Shown here: positions 40,832 through 51,967 of the stretch, one piece after another
Layout: every line of letters starts with the position of its first letter
Position numbering within the stretch: position 1 is the first letter of the stretch
Assembly: GCA_963754865.1 (NCBI GenBank)
Contig: CAVWHG010000017.1
Coordinates: 77,089 to 141,088, forward strand
Direction of reading: 5' to 3'
DNA length: 64,000 nucleotides
From: an uncultured delta proteobacterium
GTDB taxonomy: Bacteria > Desulfobacterota > Desulfobulbia > Desulfobulbales > Desulfocapsaceae
Position numbers and translations under genes: made by a program
Notes under the pieces: generated by a model
Database searches by the model: none
What the model saw: the letters and a program-made list of their open reading frames with translations, nothing else
Told to the model about the DNA's origin: nothing

Positions 40832-42052
40832 ATGCCGTTCAGGATGGCAGAATCGGAAGGCGTTGCGGTCGTGAAAGTAATTGGCGTCGGTGGTGGTGGC
40901 GGTAATGCTATCAACACGATGGTAGCCAATAGGCTCCAGGGTGTCGAATTTATTACTGCCAACACTGATAGGCAGTCATTGAATCAATCAAAAGCCGATA
41001 TTTGCATACAGTTAGGTCCAGGTATCACCAAAGGACTTGGTGCCGGTGCAGATCCGGAAACCGGCAATATGGCTGCAATGGAATCTCTTGAAGAAATTAA
41101 AAATGCCCTGAAAGGCAGTGATATGGTTTTCGTTACCGCCGGATTGGGAGGAGGCACAGGAACAGGGGCAGCCCCGATCGTCGCCAAGGTAAGCCGGGAG
41201 CTTGGAGCTCTAACCGTGGCAGTGGTCACCAAACCCTTCAGTTTTGAGGGAAGATTTCGCACTCGAAATGCCGAAGAAGGGTGGCAGGAGCTGCAAAAAT
41301 ACGCGGATACTATTATCACCGTTCCAAATGATCGATTGTTGTCGATTATGCAAAAAAACAGTAAGTTATCTGACATGCTGGCGATGGCGGATAATGTTTT
41401 GCTGCAGGCGGTTAAAGGAATAACCGATCTCATCAATGTACCTGGTTTGATCAATGCTGATTTTGCCGATCTGCGCACCGTCATGCGGGAGGTTGGGCCG
41501 GCGATTATGGGCTCGGGCTCCGCCACCGGCGAAAATCGCGCTGTTGAGGCGGCCAGAAAGGCCATTGATAACCAACTTCTGGAGGATTATGGGATCGATG
41601 GCGCTAGAGGGCTGCTGATCAATATTTCCGCATCGCAAGAGACCTTCACCATGGCCGAATTCATGGAGGCTTCAGCGATGATCCAGGAGAAAGCCGATGA
41701 CGATGCCAAGGTGGTTATCGGTGCACTCTATGATGACGCCCTCGGTGATGAGCTACATGTCACTGTAATTGCGACAGGTGTAGGGGCGATGATCGAAAAA
41801 AAGGATACCATTACTCCTCTTGATACTCGTAAGAAAAAGCCGACCCCAGTCAAGGAGGTGGAGGCGCCGATTAAGGGTTCGCCGGCCCTGCCGAATCGCC
41901 ACCCGCAGGTTTCCCGCCTGCCTGGATCAAATTTTGAGTCTTTTGACAGCCTCGGGTCTTCCAATCCTCCCGAAGGAAAAGCCGGAAGTGCTTTGAACTG
42001 GAATGATGATTATCTTGAGACTCCCACCTATCTGCGTAAAAACGCCAACTGA
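40832..42052 (+). CDS. ftsZ: Cell division protein FtsZ
   Basis: GGGTGTG, INADFAD, C-terminal LETPTYLRK. Confidence 0.98.
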   Translation: MPFRMAESEGVAVVKVIGVGGGGGNAINTMVANRLQGVEFITANTDRQSLNQSKADICIQLGPGITKGLGAGADPETGNMAAMESLEEIKNALKGSDMVFVTAGLGGGTGTGAAPIVAKVSRELGALTVAVVTKPFSFEGRFRTRNAEEGWQELQKYADTIITVPNDRLLSIMQKNSKLSDMLAMADNVLLQAVKGITDLINVPGLINADFADLRTVMREVGPAIMGSGSATGENRAVEAARKAIDNQLLEDYGIDGARGLLINISASQETFTMAEFMEASAMIQEKADDDAKVVIGALYDDALGDELHVTVIATGVGAMIEKKDTITPLDTRKKKPTPVKEVEAPIKGSPALPNRHPQVSRLPGSNFESFDSLGSSNPPEGKAGSALNWNDDYLETPTYLRKNAN

Positions 42053-42168
42053 TTGGTGCAACCAGAGGCAATGAAGGGCCTTTGCATGGTTTTCGGCGTT
42101 CTAATCTGAGGACGCCGGGAACAACAGCGGAAGAGTGCCGGCTTTTTCTCATCTAAAAAGAGCATAGT

Positions 42169-43642
42169 ATGACTAAAGGAGAAAAGACGGATTCGAGCCT
42201 TCAGTCGGCACAAAAACAAAAGGTTTTGGCCGGTCTTGAACCTTTTAAATTGGTCGAGTATTTCTCTTTTTCCAGTCTTGCCGTCATCCTGGTATTCACT
42301 CTCCTTCTCTCCTGGTTGATTTCCGAAAATGCCCGTAAGGTCATGCTGGAGCAGAACGAAGAGTATTCTCTTCTCCTCGCGGAAAATCTTAATCAGCAGG
42401 TGTTTCGACGCTTTGTCCTTCCTGCGGTTATCCGATATGGTGGCATCGCCTTACGCAATCCTGAACAGTTTGAACTTCTCGACGGCATTGTTAAAGGAGT
42501 TATCCAGGGATTGAAAATCGATTCCGTGACCATTTATGATTCGAGTAAAAACATTATCTCCTATTCCACGTTACCTGATCTTGTCGGCAAGGAGGATGCG
42601 GGTGCCGTCGAATACTACAAGGCCTTGAAAGGAGTTCCCAATTCGCGATTTACCTATAGTGGTTCGGTCCTCAGCGCTATGAGGATAACCAGCGAGGTGA
42701 GCTGTGAGCTGAAGACCTTTATTCCCTTTCGTCAAGTCAGAAAGGAGAGTGAAGGGGGAGGGGAACTCATCATGGGGGTTATTGAGATAGAAAAAGACCT
42801 AACGGGAAACTATGCGAACATTATCCGCCTGCAGGGCAGGATAATCATGGTTTCCAGTGGTGTGATGGCGATTTTATTCCTGGTCCTGCGATTTATCGTG
42901 TCAAGGGCCGGGGGGATAATCGAACGGAGGGCGCTTGAGCGGCTAAGGCTTGAAGAAAAGCTTAATCAGGCAGAAAGGCTTGCCCATCTTGGGACGATGG
43001 TGGCAACAGTCAGCCATGAAATTAAAAGTCCCCTCGGCATAGTTCGCAGTACCGCCGAGATACTTGAGAAGAGAATCAGCAAATTAGCGCCGGGAAACGA
43101 ACATCTGGCGAGAATCGTGGTCGATGAAACGGTTCGCCTTAACAACATTGTCGTCGAATTTCTTGATTTTGCACGGCCCCCGAAGACCAATTTTGTCCGA
43201 GGTAACGTCAATGAGATCGTCAAAAAAGTGCTGGATTTCATCGCCCCGGAACTGAAACGTCAGTCATATCGATTTGCTTGTCGATTTGGCTCCGGATCTT
43301 CCGGAAAATGATCTTGATAGCGAACTTTTCTACCGTGCCCTTTTGAATATTCTCATGAATGCCATCCAGGCAATGCATGAACATGGCTGTTTGCAGGTGA
43401 GTACCCGTGCCATGGTCGATGGGGCGACTGAACTGAAAATCAAGGATAATGGGGTTGGAATTGCCCCTGAAAAAATTGACCAAATTTTTCTTCCTTTTTT
43501 TAGCGATAAAAATAAGGGCACGGGCCTCGGTCTGGCGATAACCAAGAATATCCTGGATAATCATGGTGCTGAAGTTGTGGTGCAGAGCACAGAAGGCCAG
43601 GAAACAACCTTTATCATTACCCTTCCCCCAGCAAAACAGTGA
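42169..43642 (+). CDS. Membrane sensor histidine kinase (frameshift near 43270)
   Basis: Two TMs, SHEIKSPL H-box, NAIQAM, DNGVGI, GTGLGL. Confidence 0.9.
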
Positions 43643-43723
43643 TACTTCCTCTATATTCCAAAATATTACTTATTGTTTGAAACAGAGAGTTAACCTAAGA
43701 ATAACATGCAAGGTGGTGTGACG

Positions 43724-45454
43724 ATGAGTAAACAAATTGTGATAATTGGCGGAGTGGCGGCAGGACCCAAGGCGGCTTGTCGAGTCAAACGCCTTATGCC
43801 GGATGCCCAGGTGACAATCATAGATCAGGATAGTCTTATTTCCTATGGTGGCTGCGGTATTCCCTACTACATCTCAGGTGATGTTGCCGACGAGAAGGAA
43901 CTGCGCTCAACAAGCTTTCACATGCTCAGGGATGAATATTTTTTCATGAAAACCAAGGGGGTCACCACTCTGACTTCCACCCGTGCCCTGGCTATCGATA
44001 GAAAACATAAAACAGTTGCGACCCTTGATTTAAAAACCGGCGAGAAAAACACCATTGCCTACGACACCCTGATGCTGGCAACCGGCAGCCAGCCGGTGTC
44101 GCTTACAATACCCGGCAGCGATGCCGACGGAGTTTTCACCATCAGTGACCTGCATAAAGCCATTGCTATCAAAGAGAGACTGGCCAAAGGACAAGTAGGA
44201 AAAGCAGTGGTCATTGGCGGCGGAGCGATCGGCATTGAAATGGCTGAGGCATTTACCGATCTGTGGGGCGTTGCAACTACTCTTGTCGAATACAAGGAAC
44301 AACTCTTGCCGCGCATCATCGACTGGCCTCTTGCGGCTATTTTACAAAAGCACCTGCATGATCATAATGTTGCAGTGTATCTTGGCGAGGCAGCCGAAGA
44401 AATTGTCCTAGATCAGGGCAAGGTAGCAGCTGTTCGAACGAGCAAACGGACACTTGATGCCGATCTGGTCATTATGGCGGTCGGCGTCAGGCCGCGCTCG
44501 GAACTTGCCCGGGATTGCGGGTTGCTCGTATCGCCGACGACCGGCGGCATTGTCGTCAATACCCGGATGCAGACTTCCGACCCGAACATTTATGCGGCCG
44601 GCGACTGTGTCGAGATCGCCCATCTGATCTCCGCTAAACGTTTTGTTGCGCCGTTCGGCAGTATGGCCAACAAAGAGGGGCGGGTTGCCGCCGACAATAT
44701 GGCCGGGATTCCCTCGGTTTTTAATGGCGGGGTCGGCAGTTTCATCCTCAAGGCCTTTGAGTTATCCATCGGATCTGTTGGTCTCAGCCTGGAAGCTGCG
44801 CGAGAAGAAGGCTTCGATGCAGATTTTTCACTTTCTGCACCCTCGGATCGCGCGCATTTCTACCCGGGACAGGACATTATCTGTCTTGAGCTGCTCTTTG
44901 ATCGGCGGACCAGAAAGGTGTTGGGTTTTCAGGGTACCGGACCGCTTAACGACGCCTTGTCGGCACGCATCGATGCTGCTGCTGTGGCGCTCTGCGCCGG
45001 GGCAACCATTGATGACTTGGCCAATGTGGAGATGGCCTATTCACCCCCCTTCTCACCTGCCATTGATCCGCTCAACGCCGCTGCCTATGTCGCCGACAAT
45101 CTCTGCGACGGGCGGATGCGACAGATAGGCATGGAAGAATTTTTCTCCTGGATGGCCAATCCAGCAAGCCGACCGGATTGGCAGGTGCTTGATGTTCGAC
45201 ATGAAAAGCAGGCAGCACCCTTTGTTGAAAAATTTGGGACGAACATATGGATGTCTCTGCCGTATGATCAGGTACGTGACCGCTATTCGGAGCTGCCGCT
45301 CGACAAGATGTTGATCATTTTCTGCAATGCCGGGTCAAGGTCATACGAAGTTCAGGTGTTTCTCGATTTTGTCGGTGTGAAAAACAACACGGTATTACCA
45401 GGAGGTTTCAATGTTATTCGACGTATGGGGCCTGAATGGCTGCCGGTGCGCTGA
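43724..45454 (+). CDS. CoA-disulfide/persulfide reductase-like flavoprotein with rhodanese domain
   Basis: GGVAAG, SYGGCGIPY, GGGAIG, YAAGD, YSPPFS; C-terminal LDVR..IFCNAGSRS. Confidence 0.88.
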   Translation: MSKQIVIIGGVAAGPKAACRVKRLMPDAQVTIIDQDSLISYGGCGIPYYISGDVADEKELRSTSFHMLRDEYFFMKTKGVTTLTSTRALAIDRKHKTVATLDLKTGEKNTIAYDTLMLATGSQPVSLTIPGSDADGVFTISDLHKAIAIKERLAKGQVGKAVVIGGGAIGIEMAEAFTDLWGVATTLVEYKEQLLPRIIDWPLAAILQKHLHDHNVAVYLGEAAEEIVLDQGKVAAVRTSKRTLDADLVIMAVGVRPRSELARDCGLLVSPTTGGIVVNTRMQTSDPNIYAAGDCVEIAHLISAKRFVAPFGSMANKEGRVAADNMAGIPSVFNGGVGSFILKAFELSIGSVGLSLEAAREEGFDADFSLSAPSDRAHFYPGQDIICLELLFDRRTRKVLGFQGTGPLNDALSARIDAAAVALCAGATIDDLANVEMAYSPPFSPAIDPLNAAAYVADNLCDGRMRQIGMEEFFSWMANPASRPDWQVLDVRHEKQAAPFVEKFGTNIWMSLPYDQVRDRYSELPLDKMLIIFCNAGSRSYEVQVFLDFVGVKNNTVLPGGFNVIRRMGPEWLPVR

Positions 45455-45665
45455 GTGGTCCGTTTGTTATGCTCCAATCCTTTGCCGTCGATTACCAGTG
45501 AGATGTTCTTCAACTGTATTAGACAAAGGTTGATTGTCCATGATATGATATTTCTCGAAGAGGGTGTTTTGATTTTTCTCACGAAAATGATTTGCTGAAG
45601 GGACTTGTCCCGTTTATCCGGGCGAAAAGGACTATTCTTGTTACAAAAACATCGTGGAGCAATTA

Positions 45666-47287
45666 TGGCTGGTGTCAATCCGCAAGACATGATTGAGGAA
45701 ATCCAAGCAAATATTCACACCGGAGACCTGATCAAGGCACAACTTGTCTTAGCGCATATGCGGGATGTAGATCAGAAAACCCAGAATAGGCTAATGTACT
45801 TCTTGACTCGGGCCGATGCCGATTTTTCCGTCCCTCTCTATATTTATCTTCTTAAATATCAGGCTGATGTGGCTGAAGAAATGCCGATCATCAAGGAGAC
45901 TCTTATATCCGTTCTCATAGCCTATCCTGAGAAACTGATAAAATATTTGGCATCTCCGACGATCTCGGACAAAACAGAATTGATACGGGTGGCTGGTGAG
46001 TTGCGTCTTGAGGAGGCTACTCCTGCATTGCTTAATCTGATCGCTGCATCGGAGAATGACGCTGAAATTCTTTTGATTATCGAGAGTCTTGGGCTTATTG
46101 GCGATCCTGATGCGATCAGTACCTTGACCGACTATCTTTATGCCGCCAACCGTCAACTCATTATTGCCGCGATTCAGGCGCTGGGGCAGGTGGGCACTCC
46201 GACGGCAATGCATCGACTCGCCGAGCGGATGGGCACCGACAATGAAATTGATTACCTGATACTGTCAATTTTTTCTTCAGTTCAAGATCAGATCTCTTTG
46301 GAAAAACTTAATGATACCGTACGATCCCATTACGCTCATATGCGGACCTATGCCAAGGCCGAATTGGTACGGATCGGACCCAAGGCAGTGCCCATTCTTA
46401 TTGAAAACCTTCTCCATGATGATCCTGATTTTCGCATCCATACCCTCAACGTTCTCGGTGACATCGGCGACGAATCGGCGGTTATCCCCATCCGCAAGTT
46501 GCTCAGCAATGAACCCCGAAGCGCCAATGTCCGCTTTGCCGCTTATGAGGCCCTTGCTCTGTTGCCACTGAAAAAGGGTGCTTATACTCTCACCGCCGGT
46601 TTGACCGATCCGGAGGATCATGTCTGCATGGCAGCGGCAAGGGCAATTGACCGAAATTTTTCTTCTATTCTTGGCGCCGGTATAAAGAATCTTTTGAGGG
46701 GACCGGAAAAAGAGGCCAGACATATCGCCAAGATTATTGTTAATGGACAGGTTGACAATGTCTTTATCAATCTTGCTGAAGATGAAGTCTTCGAGAAACT
46801 AGCCTTGGAATATTTTCCCCATGCCCACCGGGATATACGCGATCATTATCATAAGCTTCTTGTGGATACGGGAAAGACTGATTTTGCCAAGAAACTTACC
46901 GGGGACGTCGAGACCGGGGTGCGGCCGAAAATTGTGGCAGTGGATGACTCCAGGATGATCCTGAATATCTACAAAGCCACCTTGCATGAACTGGGATATG
47001 ATCCTGTGCTTTTCGAGTTTCCGGCTTCAGCCCTGGAATGGCTGAAGACGGAAAAGCCGCTTATGGTTCTTACCGATCTCAATATGCCGGAAATCACCGG
47101 TATACAACTGGCGGAAAAAGTGCGGGAAAAATATGCTGCCAAACTTTTGCCGATCATCATGGTGACAACGCAGAATGAGAGCCAGGACAACGAGGCGGCG
47201 TTGGCTGCCGGGGTCAATGCTATCCTGTATAAGCCGTTTAATGCCAAAAGTCTTGGCGAGGCTATGACGAAGGTATTGAAAGGATAA
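45666..47287 (+). CDS. HEAT-repeat protein with C-terminal receiver domain
   Basis: Repeated helices (LGLIGDPDAI, LGDIGDESAV); VDDS, TDLNMPEITG, VTT, KPF. Confidence 0.85.
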
Positions 47288-47296
47288 TGCAGTAAA

Positions 47297-47491
47297 TCAG
47301 GCGTTTCCTCTGGGGAAAAAGTGCAATACTCCATCAATGTCGGAGGTGTCGCAGACGTGGCCGAGTTCGAGTTCAAGGTCAAGATATTCCTCAATACCGT
47401 CGATCTTCAGAAAAAGAGCAGGGCCATTGGGCAGGTGATAAACAACAGTGCTGACTCCGGATAAATCTATTGGACGACTGAACAATTTCAT
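47297..47491 (-). CDS. Small hypothetical protein
   Basis: 64-aa ORF with GAGG RBS upstream. Confidence 0.5.
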   Translation of the reverse strand: MKLFSRPIDLSGVSTVVYHLPNGPALFLKIDGIEEYLDLELELGHVCDTSDIDGVLHFFPRGNA

Positions 47492-47795
47492 GCTTTCAAA
47501 AACCTCTTATACCGGCTACCCGGCAATAAAAATGGAAAAACTACAATCAGGCATCAAGACATATACGCATAAAATATGAAAACTGCAACAAATAAGAGAA
47601 GTCCAGAGAATCATTGGTGGCAGGAGTGCTAAACCGTTCGTTTCCAAGGGCGGAGGTTACAGCAAGGGACGTTTATCGGGGGAAGGTGGTGAAATAGGTT
47701 TACACAAAAGACCGTGATGTTTATTATGCGAGATTGCTCGCAACAAACTATCCCGTTCGGCGGGTCCTGATATAATATTTTAATTAGGTGATGTA

Positions 47796-48761
47796 ATGAG
47801 TAATGAAGGAAAAAGCACCACGGAGAAAACCATTTTTGGAAAAGAAAAAAACCCATCATCCATTGTTCCGCGCAAGCTCACCTTGGACAGTCCCTTGAAA
47901 TTTCGTTGTCATCCCGGAGTGCGTTGTTTTACCGCCTGTTGCGGGGGAATAAAAATCGTTCTGACGCCCTATGATATTCTGCAGCTGACCAAGAGACTGG
48001 GCCTTCCCGCCCACGAGTTTCTCCATCAGTTTACCCAGCCGACATATCTCGAGAATACTGATATGCCGGGGGTAATGATCAAGCTGCGCGAAGATGACAA
48101 CAAATGTCCCTTCGTGACTCCTGACGGTTGCACCGTGTACACCGATAGGCCGACAGCCTGCCGCTATTATCCGGTGGGGATGGCCGATTTTCATGAAGGC
48201 GGAACTCGGGACGCGCTGGGGAATGAAAACACTTCGCAGGAGGAAAAATTTTTCTTCTTGGTCCGTGAAGACCACTGCAAAGGTTTTGAAGAGGACAAGG
48301 AATGGACCATTCGTGAATGGCGAGCTGACCAAGGGGTTGATGTTCGCGACGAGATGAACAAGGAGTGGCTGCGTTTGGTTATGCGTCGTAAATCCTTCGG
48401 CCAGCAAGCCAGTTTGTCGGAACAGGCAAAACGGATGTTTTTTATGGCCTCAACGGATATTGCTACCTTTCGCAAATTCGTCTTTGAAAGCTCCTTCCTC
48501 GACACCTACGAGATTGATGAAGAGACCATCAAAAAAATCAAAGATGACGATGTTGAGCTGATGCTGTTTTCCTTTAAATATCTGGCCGCAACACTCTTTG
48601 GCGCCAAGGTGTTAAAGATCAAAGAGGAGAAGATCAGAGCTAAGGTTGCCCAGATAAAAGTACGGCAGGACGAGAGTGTCATGCAGTCCATTAAGGAGTA
48701 TGAGGAGTTGAGGGCTGAGTCTGAAAGGAAAAAGGTTGAGGCCGAAAGCAATAAGAAATAA
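47796..48761 (+). CDS. YkgJ-family cysteine-cluster protein
   Basis: FRCHPGVRCFTACC, CPF..GCTVY.DRPTACRYYP, EDHCKG. Confidence 0.88.
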   Translation: MSNEGKSTTEKTIFGKEKNPSSIVPRKLTLDSPLKFRCHPGVRCFTACCGGIKIVLTPYDILQLTKRLGLPAHEFLHQFTQPTYLENTDMPGVMIKLREDDNKCPFVTPDGCTVYTDRPTACRYYPVGMADFHEGGTRDALGNENTSQEEKFFFLVREDHCKGFEEDKEWTIREWRADQGVDVRDEMNKEWLRLVMRRKSFGQQASLSEQAKRMFFMASTDIATFRKFVFESSFLDTYEIDEETIKKIKDDDVELMLFSFKYLAATLFGAKVLKIKEEKIRAKVAQIKVRQDESVMQSIKEYEELRAESERKKVEAESNKK

Positions 48762-48781
48762 ACGGATTAAGATTTTTCATG

Positions 48782-48820
48782 AAAAAGGCCGAGTGGGTAA
48801 ATGCCCCTCGGCCTTTTTTT
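48782..48820. terminator. Intrinsic terminator
   Basis: AAAAAGGCCGAG-GG...CCCTCGGCCTTTTTTT. Confidence 0.8.
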
Positions 48821-48866
48821 GCTGCTCAATTCGAAGTTGATATAATCGTAAGAAAATAGCCGAGAA

Positions 48867-50861
48867 TTGAAGAGTTATTCCCTAAGGGTTCGTCAAAAGG
48901 ATATTTCTATGTTGCGAATGCAAGATCCGGACTTGGAAAATCTTCTAGGCCTTTTGTCCCGACAGGAGGACTTTGTGTTCCTGGATACATCCCGCCCGGA
49001 CGCTGAAAACTTCCAGTCATTGCTTTTTCTTAATCCGCTTGATCGATTGATCTGTCGAGGTGGTGAGGATCTGGGGACGTACCTCGATGACCTCCAGCAG
49101 CGGCTGACCGATGGCTATTTCCTCGCCGGCTGGATAGGCTATGAATTCGGGGTAATGCTCGAGGGAGGAGTGCATCCCGGCAGCACCCATTGTTCCGCCA
49201 GCCCGGACATCCTTGCCGATCTTGGGGTTTTTTTAAAACCACGTACCTTTAACCATTGTAGCGGAGAAAATGATTTCCCTTTCGATCGGTCCCACCCTTT
49301 AGGCGATGTTCACTGCTCCATTAAGAATATCAGGCCAAATATGCGTAAGGATGAATTCGTCGAAGCGCTGGGTATTGTTCGCCAATATATCGGGGCAGGT
49401 GACACCTATCAAGTTAATTACACCATGAAGCTGCTCTTTGATTTTGCCGGATCGGCGGAAAAACTTTACAATATTCTGCGTCGGAATCAATCTGTAGGGT
49501 ACGGTGCGTATATTCGCAACGGCAACGAGAGGATCTTGTCGTTTTCTCCGGAATTGTTTTTTCGCAAGAAGGGGGCTGAGATTATTGGACGGCCCATGAA
49601 GGGGACTGCCCAGCGTGGCCGAAACAGCGCCGAAGAGAGGGCAAATCGCCTGGCATTGCACAACGATATAAAGAACAGAAGTGAAAATGTCATGATAGTT
49701 GATCTTCTGCGTAATGATCTGGCTCGTTTGCTGCACGGCCACGGGCAGAGCCGGATTTATGTTGATTCTCTTTTCGACGTTGAGTCATATGAAAGCCTTT
49801 TGCAGATGACTTCGACCATCAAGGCGACAACCACGGCAGTGACAATGCAGAGCCTCAAGCTTACCGAATTGTTTCGAGCACTTTTTCCCTGCGGATCGAT
49901 CACCGGCGCGCCAAAAATTCGTACCATGCAGATAATTAATGAATTGGAGAAAAGTCCGCGAGGCGTATACACCGGGGCAATTGGCTATTTTGCACCTGAC
50001 GGCGCGGCGGTTTTAAATGTTCCCATTCGAACGGTCAGATTGCTGGAAAACCAAGGCGAAATGGGAATCGGTGCCGGCATCACCTATGATTCCGTGCCGG
50101 AAGATGAATGGCACGAATCGCTGTTGAAGGGGCGTTTTCTCACCAATCGGCAGCCGGAATTTCACCTTTTTGAAACGCTCCTCTGGCAGCATGGCCAGGG
50201 CTATTTTCTTCTTGGCGAGCATTTGCAACGGCTTGAGGCCGGCGCCGAATTTTTCCAGTTTTCCTGCGATATATCGACGATCTTGTCGCGACTTATGCAG
50301 GAAGAAAAATGCTTCACCGATCGCTGCTGCCGGGTGCGGTTGGTGCTGGAAAAAGATGGCAGGATTACAATCAAGCCAGATAAGACTGTCCCGCCATTAT
50401 GTACATCTTTGCCTGTGGTGCCGGGAAAAGAGATTGGTACGCGTCCGGCCATGATTGATTTTTCTCCAAAGCCGGTAAATACAAGTGCGGCATGGTCGTT
50501 TTTTAAGACCTCAAGACGAGAGCTGTATAACGCCGAATATGCCCGCGCTCTTGACCAGGGGCTCTATGAATACATTTTTCTCAACGAGGTGGGGGAGGTT
50601 ACTGAAGGGTGTGTTACCAATATTGTTATTTATAGTAACGGCCGATACAAAACTCCTCCGGTTGCCTGTGGTCTGTTGGCCGGTATTATGCGTGGTCGAC
50701 TGCTTGCCGATGTCAGCCGACCGGTATTTGAGGAGGTGTTGAGCGAGGATGACGTCAGGACCGCCGAGGCGGTCTTTGTTTGCAATTCGGTGCGCGGGGT
50801 GATCAGAGTAATGGTGCGAGACAGGCCGACAGGGCTTGCACCTGCCGGCCAAGGGAATTGA
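48867..50861 (+). CDS. pabB: Aminodeoxychorismate synthase component I fused to ADC lyase (class IV aminotransferase) domain
   Basis: GDTYQVN, SPELF, PMKGT, ENVMIVDLLRND, PCGSITGAPK; then LFETL, KTSRR, EGCVTN, GLLAGIMR, NSVRG. Confidence 0.92.
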   Translation: MKSYSLRVRQKDISMLRMQDPDLENLLGLLSRQEDFVFLDTSRPDAENFQSLLFLNPLDRLICRGGEDLGTYLDDLQQRLTDGYFLAGWIGYEFGVMLEGGVHPGSTHCSASPDILADLGVFLKPRTFNHCSGENDFPFDRSHPLGDVHCSIKNIRPNMRKDEFVEALGIVRQYIGAGDTYQVNYTMKLLFDFAGSAEKLYNILRRNQSVGYGAYIRNGNERILSFSPELFFRKKGAEIIGRPMKGTAQRGRNSAEERANRLALHNDIKNRSENVMIVDLLRNDLARLLHGHGQSRIYVDSLFDVESYESLLQMTSTIKATTTAVTMQSLKLTELFRALFPCGSITGAPKIRTMQIINELEKSPRGVYTGAIGYFAPDGAAVLNVPIRTVRLLENQGEMGIGAGITYDSVPEDEWHESLLKGRFLTNRQPEFHLFETLLWQHGQGYFLLGEHLQRLEAGAEFFQFSCDISTILSRLMQEEKCFTDRCCRVRLVLEKDGRITIKPDKTVPPLCTSLPVVPGKEIGTRPAMIDFSPKPVNTSAAWSFFKTSRRELYNAEYARALDQGLYEYIFLNEVGEVTEGCVTNIVIYSNGRYKTPPVACGLLAGIMRGRLLADVSRPVFEEVLSEDDVRTAEAVFVCNSVRGVIRVMVRDRPTGLAPAGQGN

Positions 50862-50887
50862 AAGGTGGTGGCTGCCCTCGTGACGGC

Positions 50888-51400
50888 TTAATGCACCATT
50901 GTCGAAAACTGCTCCTGGTTGATCTGGATAGGGGGAATGATGATATTATGTTTTTCCCCGAGTGCCCTTGCCAGTATCATAAAGGTAGAAGGCAGCGGAG
51001 CATCACGGTCTTCCATGAGAAAACCACATTCTTTTGCGCGCACAAGGGTTTGTGAACTGTCATTGCCTTCCTGGTGGTCACAGAGGGTCTGGATGCGTAA
51101 AGCATCAGTGATATCGGAACAAAGCTGCGGCAGCTCTTCCTTCAAAGCCAGCAGTTCTTGCTCGATATCGCCCAGGTTCTCGGCACGGAATCGGACAAAC
51201 TTGCTCGTCGCATTTTGCATGCCAAATATTTCATTGGTGATGGCACCAGTCAAGAAGGAAAGGCGAGTCGCCTCGGTATCAGGTCTTTTCTTTGCTAAAA
51301 GGGTACGGATCTCCTTAAACACAACCATTTGCACTACTCCCACCGCTTCACGTAGGGCAGCAAGGAGCTGGGAATTTTTCATTATCGTTCCGGGAGGCAT
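50888..51400 (-). CDS. Conserved hypothetical protein
   Basis: 170-aa ORF directly after DUF493 gene. Confidence 0.65.
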   Translation of the reverse strand: MPPGTIMKNSQLLAALREAVGVVQMVVFKEIRTLLAKKRPDTEATRLSFLTGAITNEIFGMQNATSKFVRFRAENLGDIEQELLALKEELPQLCSDITDALRIQTLCDHQEGNDSSQTLVRAKECGFLMEDRDAPLPSTFMILARALGEKHNIIIPPIQINQEQFSTMVH

Positions 51401-51410
51401 ATCTTTGTCC

Positions 51411-51695
51411 TTAGAGCACGATTTTTACAGCGGCATTGCTTTTCAAAATTTCGAATATCCTCAGTCTGGTAGTTGCGTCGGGAATTACCAGTTCGGCATT
51501 AATACTGTGATATTTCCCTTTTGCGCTTGACCGTGAGTGGCTTATTGCAACGACGTGCGGCAAACAGGCTTCGATGATAATATCTCTGAGTAAGTCGCAA
51601 TCTTCTCCTATAACTTGGTAGGTCCACATGCAGGGGTATTTGATTTCCGGGTGTCCCGGAGAGTTAAAAGAATGCGCTGGGCTTAAAAGTTGCAT
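51411..51695 (-). CDS. DUF493 / HP0495 family protein
   Basis: IKYPCMWTYQVIG, SAKGKYHS, VKIVL. Confidence 0.85.
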   Translation of the reverse strand: MQLLSPAHSFNSPGHPEIKYPCMWTYQVIGEDCDLLRDIIIEACLPHVVAISHSRSSAKGKYHSINAELVIPDATTRLRIFEILKSNAAVKIVL

Positions 51696-51967
51696 AGTGT
51701 CTTTGTCGGCTTTCCTTTCATCTGGTTATTTTTTGGGTCTATCACTCGCACAATTAATAAGAAATGGCAGGACAAGAGTCAAGGGAAAGGAATTGAGAGT
51801 GGTGTCCAGATAACGTTTTGTGGATGTCGGGGGAATTTGTGGAAAATTATGATACTCTTTTGTATATAGCTCGGCCAAGTGATACAATTGGTCCGAGGAT
51901 AGAGTATTCACAAATGAGTCTAGGATGAAAAGGTTGAATCCCCAGCCTTGCCAAAGAGAGAAAAATT

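Noticed and set aside
39296-41565. Long antisense ORFs over ftsA/ftsZ (and similar ones over panB, ruvB, uvrD)
   Set aside because: These are shadow ORFs of strongly conserved plus-strand genes and carry no motifs of their own.
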